Below, one piece after another: positions 1-8,406 of a stretch of DNA of 64,000 nucleotides. The notes under the pieces were generated by a model. It made no database searches. It was not told the origin of the DNA and was given only the letters and a program-made list of their open reading frames with translations. The position numbers and the translations under genes were made by a program. Origin of the DNA: Patescibacteria group bacterium. GTDB lineage: Bacteria; Patescibacteriota; Patescibacteriia; UBA2196. Position 1 is the stretch's first letter, and every line of letters starts with the position of its first letter. The stretch lies in contig JAQTPI010000001.1 in NCBI GenBank assembly GCA_028748975.1, positions 64,354 through 128,353 on the forward strand, written 5' to 3'.

Positions 1-277
1 TTTTAAAATGTATAAAAAATTAAAATTTATCAAATTGTTTGTTCAATAAATACTACGATCGTAATATACGTTGAACAAAATTTAAACAATTTAATTTTTA
101 AAATAATGAATAAATTGAACCCCCCCAATAATTATTCATCAAATAGTAAAAAAAGAACCAAGGCATTATGTTTATAGATTTTCTAAAAACCTTCTGGGAT
201 ATTAGGACCGCTATGTGTCAACGAGGCGTTCAAGAATGTTTCGTTTCGGGCTTTTCAGCTAATTTCACTTAAAATAA

Positions 278-309
278 AGACGACCAACACATCGGTCGTC
301 TTTATTTAA
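278..309 (-). terminator. intrinsic terminator (usable in both directions)
   Basis: Hairpin agacgacc-aacacat-cggtcgtct with T/A-rich flanks on both strands. Lies downstream of miaA. Confidence 0.6.
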
Positions 310-342
310 ATCCCATACTCGTCTGCCAGTGAGGCAGGAATC

Positions 343-1353
343 TTAAATTATAAATCGTTTGATTAGTATTGTTGCTTCTTTTTTATTTTTAATCCACTTT
401 ATTTTTTTGTTGCGCTTGAACCATGTCATCTGCCGTTTGGCAAATTGGTGAGTGTGAATTTTGATTAAATTTATTGTCTCTAGGTCAATCTTTTGGCCCG
501 GTTTGTTTTTTAAAAAATCAATAATTTCTTTATAGCCAATGGTTTGCAGTGGCGCGGTATTTTTTCCGTACGTTCGCATTATTTTTTTTGTCTCTTCCGC
601 CAAACCGTTTTTTATCATTTTTTCCACTCGCGCGTCAATGCGTTTATCTAAAATATTTTTTTGGAAAGTAACACCCAATTGCAAGTAATCAAAAAGCGGC
701 TTGTTTTTCTTTCTCAATTCAGAAAATTTATAACCAGCCAAACAAACTTCCAAAACGCGGTCCAAGCGCCGTGGATTTCTGACATCAACAAATTTCAGCG
801 CCGCTGGATCCAGTTTTTTTAATAATTTTATTTTTTCTGATGTACTTAACTTTTCTAATTTTTTTCTTGTTTTTTTATCAGGCCCAACCGCCGGAAAATC
901 CAAATTATCGGTAATAGCGGAAATATAAAGTCCGGTGCCGCCAACAAGAATCGGCAATTTTCCGCGTCTAATAATATCATTAATTTCTTTCAGTGCCAGT
1001 TTTTTATGTTTAGCCACATTAAATTCGGTATTAGGATTAATGATATTTATGAGGTGATAGGGAACGAAAAAGTTGTCATCCCGGGCCGTGACCCGGGATC
1101 TAGGAATCGTTTTTCTGGATCCCCGCTGGAGTTTACCCCGCACCACGATGCGGAGCGGGAATGACATCACAGATAAACCATATTCTGATAAATCTTTACC
1201 AGTCCCAATATCCATCCCTTTATATACTTGTCGTGAGTCCGCTGAAACGATTTCCCCATTAAATTTTCGCGCCAAAGCTACCGCCAATTTGGTTTTACCG
1301 GTGGCGGTGGGGCCGAGAATGACAATTAATTTTGGCAGTTTTTTCTTTGACAT
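343..1353 (-). CDS. miaA: tRNA dimethylallyltransferase (MiaA)
   Basis: N-terminal P-loop GPTATGKT and MiaA-like sequence throughout. Carries an in-frame ~90-bp GC-rich palindromic repeat insertion at 1075-1165. Confidence 0.85.
   Translation of the reverse strand: MSKKKLPKLIVILGPTATGKTKLAVALARKFNGEIVSADSRQVYKGMDIGTGKDLSEYGLSVMSFPLRIVVRGKLQRGSRKTIPRSRVTARDDNFFVPYHLINIINPNTEFNVAKHKKLALKEINDIIRRGKLPILVGGTGLYISAITDNLDFPAVGPDKKTRKKLEKLSTSEKIKLLKKLDPAALKFVDVRNPRRLDRVLEVCLAGYKFSELRKKNKPLFDYLQLGVTFQKNILDKRIDARVEKMIKNGLAEETKKIMRTYGKNTAPLQTIGYKEIIDFLKNKPGQKIDLETINLIKIHTHQFAKRQMTWFKRNKKIKWIKNKKEATILIKRFII
1075..1165. repeat. family R1 palindromic element (GTCATCCYGAG..GGATCT type), composite copy inside the miaA CDS
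   Basis: gtcatcccgggccgtgacccgggatctagg...gggaatgac. 90 bp, in-frame. Confidence 0.7.
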
Positions 1354-1418
1354 AAAAGCGTTATTTTGCTAAGATATTACCAGGAGAATTATAGCAAATT
1401 ACCTTAAAAATTCAAGAA

Positions 1419-1991
1419 TTGGAGGGAGAAATGGATTTAGCCCATCTTTGGCAAGAAATTGTAAATTGGTTAAGTTTGGGTGCCAAATGGGAGGTTGGTG
1501 TTTATAGATTATTTCACCAAGGCCAACCCTTTTTACCGGTCCTGTGGAAAACTTTGGCCGTTGTCAATTTACCAATTTTGATTATTTTTGGTTTTTTGGA
1601 TTTATTTTTTGTGTTTTTTAAGTGGCTAAGCCGGCCACTTGTGCCTTTAATAAAAAAATATCGCAAGGAGTCGTCTGACTTAGATATAAATAACAATAAT
1701 GTGAATGATGTGATAGAAGATATTAATCGAACAAAAAATAAAATTATTAATAAGATGCGTCAAAAAGTGAAAGAATTGGTTCGGCGCTACGGTTATTGGG
1801 CCTTTTTTTTCATCGCTATTTTGCCATTTGTCCCTTGGTTGACAGAAATTGCAGCGGCATTTTGCGTTTCCATCTATGGCCGCAAAGCTATTTCCTGGTC
1901 AAACTTAAAGGGTTTTTTGGCGATAGTGATAGGAAACAGCATCAAGGTCGCCTATACCTTAGGTGGTATTTACGGATATTTCCATTTTTAA
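1419..1991 (+). CDS. hypothetical small membrane protein
   Basis: 190-aa ORF with hydrophobic segments and an N-terminal WxEI..W motif. Codon usage is typical of the window. Confidence 0.45.
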   Translation: MEGEMDLAHLWQEIVNWLSLGAKWEVGVYRLFHQGQPFLPVLWKTLAVVNLPILIIFGFLDLFFVFFKWLSRPLVPLIKKYRKESSDLDINNNNVNDVIEDINRTKNKIINKMRQKVKELVRRYGYWAFFFIAILPFVPWLTEIAAAFCVSIYGRKAISWSNLKGFLAIVIGNSIKVAYTLGGIYGYFHF

Positions 1992-2177
1992 GACCTCTTC
2001 ATTTTTTTAGCCGTGCCTGCCAGATTTTTCTGCGTTTTCAATCGCAAAAGCTGGCCGGAGAGGGTGCCGCCTTTTTTCTTTTTGAGTTTTAATTTGCGAG
2101 CCAGTTGCTCGCGCCGTTCGGCTTTGGTAGATTTAGTCATATATTAAAAATATAAAAAACAAGGAAAAGGAGGGAAC

Positions 2178-2384
2178 ATGATAGTGAAAGAGATTATCAA
2201 AAAGGCCAAAGAGTTGGGACTTACGCGTCAATCAGCCGCTGATTTCTTAGCGGAAAACATGCCACGGGACTTAGAGGAGAGAAAAAAATTGTTGCATTCT
2301 GTTTTAAATGAAGCTGATTTGGCAGCGAGAGCTCAAGATCTGAAAATTGTCGGACTTATAGTTGAAGCAGGTAAGGCCTCATAG
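2178..2384 (+). CDS. hypothetical small protein
   Basis: 68-aa ORF preceded by a strong Shine-Dalgarno site (AAGGAGGGAACATG). Confidence 0.45.
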   Translation: MIVKEIIKKAKELGLTRQSAADFLAENMPRDLEERKKLLHSVLNEADLAARAQDLKIVGLIVEAGKAS

Positions 2385-2421
2385 TATCTTTCATGCAGCT
2401 CGAATCATATTCGGGCTGTTT

Positions 2422-3789
2422 TTATTTTTCTAATTTTCCTTCCAAACTCCACGGCCCGGCCTTGATAATTTTAGTTTTAACAATTTTTCCTATCAAATTG
2501 TTGATTGTTGACTGCTTACTGTTGGCTGAAATTTTTATATCCTTAAAATTTCTCGTCTTACCAAAATATATAATATCATTGTTACTTTTATTGCTTTTAT
2601 TACTATTAATACTTTTATTCCTTTCAATTAATACTTCTATATTCTTACCAACCATCTTTTTATTATTTTCCAAAGCTGTCTTTTTCAAAATTTCATTTAA
2701 GGCCACGCGGCGCTGGGTTTTTTCTTCAGCCGAAATACTATCTTTCAGTTTGGCGGAAGCGGTGCCAGCGCGTGGAGAATATTCCGCCAAATAGGCCAGA
2801 TCAAATTTTATTGATTTCATGAGATTGGCGGTTTTTTGAAAGTCTTGCTTTGTTTCATTGGGAAAGCCCACAATAATGTCGGTACTAATGCTAATATTGC
2901 GAATAGAACGACGAATCTTGCGAATAAGATTCAAATATTTTTTGGAATCATACTTTCTATTCATCGCTTTCAAAATTTTATCCGAACCGGCCTGGAGCGG
3001 CAGGTGCAAGTAGGGGATGAGGTGCTGGCAATTTTTAAAACATTTTATCAAATCTCCCGACATATCTTTTGGGTGGGAGGTAATAAAACTTAACCAATAA
3101 TCTCCTGGAATAGAATTAACTAATTTTAATAATTGTGGAAAGTTCACTTTACTTTTTTGAAATTTGAACTTTGAAATTTTATTGGAAATTGGAAATTGGA
3201 AATTGGAAATTTGTGAAACATAACTATTCACATTCTGGCCCAATAATATAATTAACTTATATCCTTGAACAACTAATTTGTTCACCTCCGAAATTATTTC
3301 TTCGGCTGGTCGGGAAACTTCACGCCCACGCGTGAAAGGCACGACGCAGTAAGAACAGAAATTATTACAGCCAGTCATAATTGGAACATAGGCGATAAAT
3401 TTTGAATTATAGTTTGGTAAAATTGAGAAATAATTTATGTCTTTATTGTTAGTTGTTAATTGTTGGTTGTTAATTTTATTTAACCAATTATCTAAATTTT
3501 TAATATCTAAAATATAATCAGCGTGTTTTTCAAACTTATTTTTATCCGCTACCAAAACGCAGCCTGTTAAAATGATTTTAGCTTTTGGATTTTTTTTTCT
3601 GATGTCATCCAGTTTGCCCCAGACGCGGTTAACAGCTGTTTGCCGCACCGAACATAAATTTAAAATTACCAAATCCGCCGAAGCCAGATCCGCCGGTTGC
3701 AAATTATTTTTTTTAAGATAGCCGGCGATTCTTTCCGAATCCGACCAGTTCATCTGGCAGCCGTAAGTGATAATGTGATAAGTTTTCAT
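2422..3789 (-). CDS. miaB: tRNA-i6A37 methylthiotransferase, radical SAM (MiaB family)
   Basis: YGCQMN N-terminal motif plus radical-SAM and TRAM regions. Contains an in-frame low-complexity insertion derived from the ggaaatt tandem repeats at 3140-3230. Confidence 0.85.
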   Translation of the reverse strand: MKTYHIITYGCQMNWSDSERIAGYLKKNNLQPADLASADLVILNLCSVRQTAVNRVWGKLDDIRKKNPKAKIILTGCVLVADKNKFEKHADYILDIKNLDNWLNKINNQQLTTNNKDINYFSILPNYNSKFIAYVPIMTGCNNFCSYCVVPFTRGREVSRPAEEIISEVNKLVVQGYKLIILLGQNVNSYVSQISNFQFPISNKISKFKFQKSKVNFPQLLKLVNSIPGDYWLSFITSHPKDMSGDLIKCFKNCQHLIPYLHLPLQAGSDKILKAMNRKYDSKKYLNLIRKIRRSIRNISISTDIIVGFPNETKQDFQKTANLMKSIKFDLAYLAEYSPRAGTASAKLKDSISAEEKTQRRVALNEILKKTALENNKKMVGKNIEVLIERNKSINSNKSNKSNNDIIYFGKTRNFKDIKISANSKQSTINNLIGKIVKTKIIKAGPWSLEGKLEK

Positions 3790-3794
3790 AAAAA

Positions 3795-3884
3795 GCTACG
3801 AATGTACGAATTCTACGAATATACGAATGGCTACAAAACAACCTTGCAATTATTCGTACATTCTTTTTATTCGTAAATTCGTAG
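3795..3884. repeat. family R4 phased-heptamer inverted array (TACGAAT x4 ... ATTCGTA x3), upstream of the miaB start
   Basis: gctacgaatgtacgaattctacgaatatacgaat...attcgtacattctttttattcgtaaattcgtag. Heptamer spacing is 8-11 bp. Confidence 0.75.
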
Positions 3885-4303
3885 TTCAACATCAGTTTAT
3901 AGCTTAACATATTTTATCCAAAATAAAAACACCCGAGATGGCTCGCGTGTTTTTTGTTTTTATTTTTGTTTCTTTTTGAAAGAACAAACTAACTATATCA
4001 TCGCTGGCGCATGCTTGAGTGATTATTGGTTGGATTTATAAAAAATCCCTGTCTCAATTTAACGCCGTTTATTTCAATAATAAGACCGCTGAAGTCAGGA
4101 AAAGTATTATTCCTGCCGCCACAAACAATCTGGTGATTTTAACAGCTTTTTCGTCAAGAAAAAAGCCGGAATTGGCTTGCGTGTGCATAATTTTTGTTTT
4201 TATTTTTAACCCTCTACTATAAGTATAGCAAATTTTTTGGCTCTTGTCAAATCTAAAAAACCAATTTGACCTGTTTTTATTCTTTATGTTAAAATTAACT
4301 CAT

Positions 4304-6082
4304 ATGAAAAAAGACAACCACAACCAACTTTGGGCCCTGCGCCACAGCGCGGAACATGTTTTGATGGAAGCCATGCTCCGGCTTTATGGCGACAAAATAA
4401 TCATGGCCATGGGCCCGGCCACTGACGATGGTTTTTATTTTGACTTTGATGTCAAAGGTGATTTTAAAATTTCTCTGGAAAATTTTGCCGAAATTGAAGC
4501 GGAAATGAAAAAAATAATTAAAGAAGATTTGCCCATTACCAAAGAAGAACTTTCTGTTAAGGATGCTAAAAAATTGTTTAAGGATAATCCATATAAAATT
4601 GAATGGCTGGAAGAAATTGAAAAGCGCGGCGATAAACCAACCGTTTTTTGGACTGGTAAAGAATTTGTGGATCTCTGCGCCGGTCCACACGCTAAATCCA
4701 CCGGCGCCATTAAGGCCTTCAAACTTTTGAAATTGGCCGGTGCCTATTGGCATGGTGATGAAAAAAATAAAATGCTGACGAGAATTTATGGCACGGCTTT
4801 TGAATCTCAAAAAGAATTGGACGATTATTTAAAGATGATGGCCGAAGCGGAAAAAAGAGATCATCGAAAATTAGGTAAAGATTTAGATCTATTTGTTTTT
4901 GCCGACATTATTGGTAAGGGTTTGCCCATGCTGACGCCGCGCGGAACAGTTATCAGAAAAGAATTGGAAAAATTTGTTTTAGAGGAAGAAACTAGGCGTG
5001 GTTATCAGCATGTCGTCACGCCACACCTGGCCAAAGTTGATTTATATAAAAAATCAGGCCATTATCCATATTATAAAGACACCATGTACCCGGTCATGAA
5101 AGTTGATGAGGAAGAATTGATTTTACGGCCAATGACTTGCCCGCATCATTTTATGTTGTATAAATCGCGACCCCACAGTTATCGTGAGCTGCCGGTCAGA
5201 ATTGCGGAAATAGCCTCGCAGTTTCGTTATGAAAAAAGCGGTGAACTTTCCGGGCTGTCACGAGTGAGACTGTTCTGTTTGGCCGACGCCCATATTATTT
5301 GCGCCAAAGATCAGGCCAAGCAGGAAATTAAGAATGTTTTAGATTTAATCGATTACATGAATAAAATTTTAGGTTTGAAAAAAGGCCAGGATTATTGCTA
5401 TCGCTTGTCTTTGGGTGATCGAAGTGACGACAACAAAAAATATTATAAAGATGATGAAGCCTGGGAAAAAGCCGAGACAATTTTACGCGAAGTTTTAAAG
5501 GAAGCGAAAGCGCCATTTTTTGAAGCACCGGGAGAAGCAGCTTTTTATGGTCCCAAGATTGACATCCAAGTTAAAAAAGTTAACGGACAGGAAGAGACCG
5601 CTTTTACGGTGCAATATGATTTTGTAATGCCCCAGAGATTTGATTTGGCTTATATCAATAAAGAGGGGAAAGAAGAACAGCCAATAGTAATCCATCGTTC
5701 ATCCATCGGCTGTTTTGAAAGAACCATGGCGTTTTTAATTGAACACTATGCCGGCGCGTTCCCGCTCTGGTTCTCACCGGTGCAAATCGCCGTGCTTTCG
5801 GTGGCGGAAAAACACGCCAAACATTGCGAAAAATTAGCCCAAGAATTCAAAGACGCGGGACTGCGCGCCGAAGTTTGGGATGAAAACGAAACCGTGGGCA
5901 ATAAAATCCGTAAAGCCGTGGCGCAAAAGATTCCGTATTTGATTGTCATTGGCGACAAAGAACTGGCTTCGGAAAAATTGGCAGTGCGTCTGCGTGGGGA
6001 AAAGGACACAACTGAATTTGAAAAAGACAAATTTATCGCGCACGCTAAAAAACTAGTAGAGGAGAGAAGTGGGGAATTATAA
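4304..6082 (+). CDS. thrS: threonyl-tRNA synthetase lacking the N-terminal TGS domain
   Basis: LRHSAEHVLMEA editing-domain start and class II catalytic motifs. The start is set at the internal Met, which is preceded by the same ATTAACTCATATG context seen at the tsf start. The ORF-track start at 4244 is probably an over-extension. Confidence 0.88.
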   Translation: MKKDNHNQLWALRHSAEHVLMEAMLRLYGDKIIMAMGPATDDGFYFDFDVKGDFKISLENFAEIEAEMKKIIKEDLPITKEELSVKDAKKLFKDNPYKIEWLEEIEKRGDKPTVFWTGKEFVDLCAGPHAKSTGAIKAFKLLKLAGAYWHGDEKNKMLTRIYGTAFESQKELDDYLKMMAEAEKRDHRKLGKDLDLFVFADIIGKGLPMLTPRGTVIRKELEKFVLEEETRRGYQHVVTPHLAKVDLYKKSGHYPYYKDTMYPVMKVDEEELILRPMTCPHHFMLYKSRPHSYRELPVRIAEIASQFRYEKSGELSGLSRVRLFCLADAHIICAKDQAKQEIKNVLDLIDYMNKILGLKKGQDYCYRLSLGDRSDDNKKYYKDDEAWEKAETILREVLKEAKAPFFEAPGEAAFYGPKIDIQVKKVNGQEETAFTVQYDFVMPQRFDLAYINKEGKEEQPIVIHRSSIGCFERTMAFLIEHYAGAFPLWFSPVQIAVLSVAEKHAKHCEKLAQEFKDAGLRAEVWDENETVGNKIRKAVAQKIPYLIVIGDKELASEKLAVRLRGEKDTTEFEKDKFIAHAKKLVEERSGEL

Positions 6083-6126
6083 ATGACAGTAATAGAAGTA
6101 TTAAAGCAATAGAAGTAATAAAAGTA

Positions 6127-6158
6127 AAAAACCGGCGGAATGGCTGGTTTTTTTTGAT
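6127..6158 (+). terminator. intrinsic terminator after thrS
   Basis: accggc..gctggt stem followed by T8. Confidence 0.5.
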
Positions 6159-6186
6159 GTTGACAATTTTTTAATGGTTTGCTAAG

Positions 6187-6690
6187 ATGAAAGCACCAAA
6201 AACAATAATAGTAACTAAAACACAACTCACAACCCAAAAAAGGAGGTTCCTCGTGTCAGACCTGTCAAAAGAAGATGGTTTTGACGTTTATATCAAGAAA
6301 CGCTTGATTTCTGAAAATGTTTCTTTCACTGATGCCATTATGGTGTTGGCCCATCACACGGTCAATATGTTCAATTATTTTTCTACTAAAGGACGGCGTT
6401 ATCCCTTCACCTATCTTTCGCGTTGTTATCTTACAGCTGTCTTAGTATCTAATTTTCCTAAACCAGATGAACAGGGCGAAGGGGGAAAACCAGGACCGCC
6501 TTGGGATAAGAAGAAAATTACCTACAAAATTTCCTTTGCTCACCTCATCAGCTTGGTCTTTTGTTTGGGGATTATGGGAGAAACTGGTTTCGTCATCAAA
6601 AGGGAAATGACGGAAAAAGAAAATGAGAAAATTGCCACTCACTTTCTCATCCATGGCAAAAAAATAAAAGAGGAAACCATCACCACCTAA
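6187..6690 (+). CDS. hypothetical protein
   Basis: 167-aa ORF downstream of a TTGACA-17-TAAGAT promoter. Confidence 0.4.
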   Translation: MKAPKTIIVTKTQLTTQKRRFLVSDLSKEDGFDVYIKKRLISENVSFTDAIMVLAHHTVNMFNYFSTKGRRYPFTYLSRCYLTAVLVSNFPKPDEQGEGGKPGPPWDKKKITYKISFAHLISLVFCLGIMGETGFVIKREMTEKENEKIATHFLIHGKKIKEETITT

Positions 6691-6891
6691 AAATAAAGCC
6701 GCCCCGAGCAATTGGAGCGGTATTTTTTTTGTTTTATTTATTCGCCTTCGTTCCTTAGCAATCCTTTAATACTCCAGCGGATAAATTTCTAATTTTTTAT
6801 CGCCTCGCGACAGCGAGAAATTAAAGTTTATCCGCCATAGTTGCCGGCGAGCCGAGAGGCGAGACCGAAGCAGCGACGGCGGATAAACAAC

Positions 6892-8022
6892 TTATTGTTT
6901 TATTCTAATCTCCACATGATCCGCCAAGCTCGGCACGGTTTTCACCCAGAACGGCGAAAACACCACTTCCGCGTCTTTGATATTTTCATATTGGGAAAAG
7001 AAGAAACGCACGCCCTTGGCATCCAGGCCATAAAGTTTTTGTTTGTTAAATTCCGAAGGTTCGGGCAGGCCCAAAATCGCGGCCGAAAGCGTGATTTTTA
7101 CCGTGGCGGATTCTTTGGCAATGTCTACCAAAGAAACCTTAAAAGATTTTAAATCAAAATTTACCACCTCTTCTTTTTCCGCGAGCGTTTTATTATATTC
7201 GGTCTTGGCGTACTCTAGTATTTTATCTTTAGCGATTATGGCCGCCTGAACCTTTACTTTAATAGTCACAGTAAATTTTTCCACCTTGTCGCCGTCTTTG
7301 GCTGAAATTTTTTCATCTTTAATTTCTTTTTCAAATAAAACAGTTTTACTTTCATCAGCGCCGATTTCTTTAATAATTGATTCATCCAAAGAGTCAAGTA
7401 CTGTTTTTTGCGCCGTGGCAATTTCCGCGGCAGTCAAAGTGCCAATTTTTCTCACTCCGCCAGACATTACTTGGCTGGAAACGCCGTAGATTTTTTTCTG
7501 CAAATCAGTTGAAAGTCCGGGAATAGTAAAAGTTGTTGGCGCGATGTCGTATTTGGCGCCGGCTTCGTCAGCTTCAATTTCACCTATAATCTCTCCGCCC
7601 GCCGGCACTACCACGGAATTTTTCAAGCGGAATAATAAATTATTGGGTGAAAGAAATCTGGTGGTGGCGATGAGCGTCTGATTTTTGGTATTTTTATTGA
7701 TAATTTTCACCGCACCGCCGGATTTGCCTTCTTCGGTTTTGAAATTTTGCACGTCAAAAGTTTTGGTGATGTTTAAATCTTTTTCAATATAAGTTCCGGA
7801 TAATTCCGCCGTTGCTGCGGAGGCCAGTGGTACTGTCGCGGTGAAAGTCTTTTCCCGCGCCGCGTCTTTGGGAATCAAAGTGATCACGGCTTTGGATAGC
7901 GAGAAATAACTGATGACGCAAACCAAAAGTCCGGCCAAGACCAAAAAGGTAATGGCGATTTTTTTATAAGGCCGTTCGACCAAAATGAATTCCCGAGTAG
8001 CGGGTTTTTGTTTTTTAGGCAT
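6892..8022 (-). CDS. hypothetical membrane-anchored protein (paralog of 57825-59039)
   Basis: Single N-terminal transmembrane helix followed by a long beta-rich domain. Shares architecture and a C-terminal motif with the ORF at 57825. Confidence 0.5.
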   Translation of the reverse strand: MPKKQKPATREFILVERPYKKIAITFLVLAGLLVCVISYFSLSKAVITLIPKDAAREKTFTATVPLASAATAELSGTYIEKDLNITKTFDVQNFKTEEGKSGGAVKIINKNTKNQTLIATTRFLSPNNLLFRLKNSVVVPAGGEIIGEIEADEAGAKYDIAPTTFTIPGLSTDLQKKIYGVSSQVMSGGVRKIGTLTAAEIATAQKTVLDSLDESIIKEIGADESKTVLFEKEIKDEKISAKDGDKVEKFTVTIKVKVQAAIIAKDKILEYAKTEYNKTLAEKEEVVNFDLKSFKVSLVDIAKESATVKITLSAAILGLPEPSEFNKQKLYGLDAKGVRFFFSQYENIKDAEVVFSPFWVKTVPSLADHVEIRIKQ

Positions 8023-8069
8023 GGGAGTATGTTAAATTTTTAATTTTGTAATTTTTAATTTTTAAATAG

Positions 8070-8228
8070 ACGAGCGCGCCTATCGGCGAATACCTAATAA
8101 CAACCACCCCGAGCCGACTGCTGTCGGCTCACCCCTCCTTCGAAAGGAGGGGATAACCACGCTGCTATCCTCCCCTTTCGAAGGGGAGGTCTCCGACAGC
8201 AGTCGGAGGGAGGAGTTGTAATTATTCG
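8070..8228. repeat. family R3 composite GC-rich palindromic module (CCCCTCC-TTCGAA-GGAGGGG units plus a CGCCTATCGGCG box)
   Basis: cccctccttcgaaaggagggg and tcctcccctttcgaaggggagg are nested inside gagccgactgctgtcggctc ... ccgacagcagtcgg. Confidence 0.7.
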
Positions 8229-8324
8229 CAAAATTTGCCAGTAATTAGCATTAATTCGTAGCCGTTTTTCCACTAATATTAGCCAAAAAACAGCATTTTA
8301 AGGTATTTATTAAAGTTATCCACT

Positions 8325-8352
8325 TGACAAGAGATTTTAGACATGCTATAAT
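8325..8352 (+). promoter_or_regulatory. sigma70-type promoter
   Basis: TTGACA-16-TATAAT. Preceded by a conserved TTAAAGTTATCCACTT module. Confidence 0.65.
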
Positions 8353-8406
8353 TGAAATGGTACAAAATTATAGCCAATAGACAATTCATTTTAAAAAGGA
8401 GGTTGC

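Noticed and set aside
1073-1372. Plus-strand ORFs overlapping miaA (1073-1372) and many antisense ORFs inside dnaE, dnaK, alaS and other large genes (e.g. 10533-11420, 32136-32585, 35077-35466)
   Set aside because: These are shadow ORFs on the opposite strand of well-supported conserved genes. Their products are low-complexity or lack ribosome-binding sites.
1989-2140. 50-aa basic minus-strand ORF (MTKSTKAERREQLARKLKLKKKKGG...)
   Set aside because: No Shine-Dalgarno site. It overlaps the 3' flank of the 1419 gene. Composition is ribosomal-protein-like but there is no recognisable family. Not called.
3900-4304. T-box riboswitch upstream of thrS
   Set aside because: There is no T-box (AAUUAGGGUGGNACCGCG-like) consensus or specifier-loop arrangement. 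The only terminator-like hairpin is 350 nt from the start codon.
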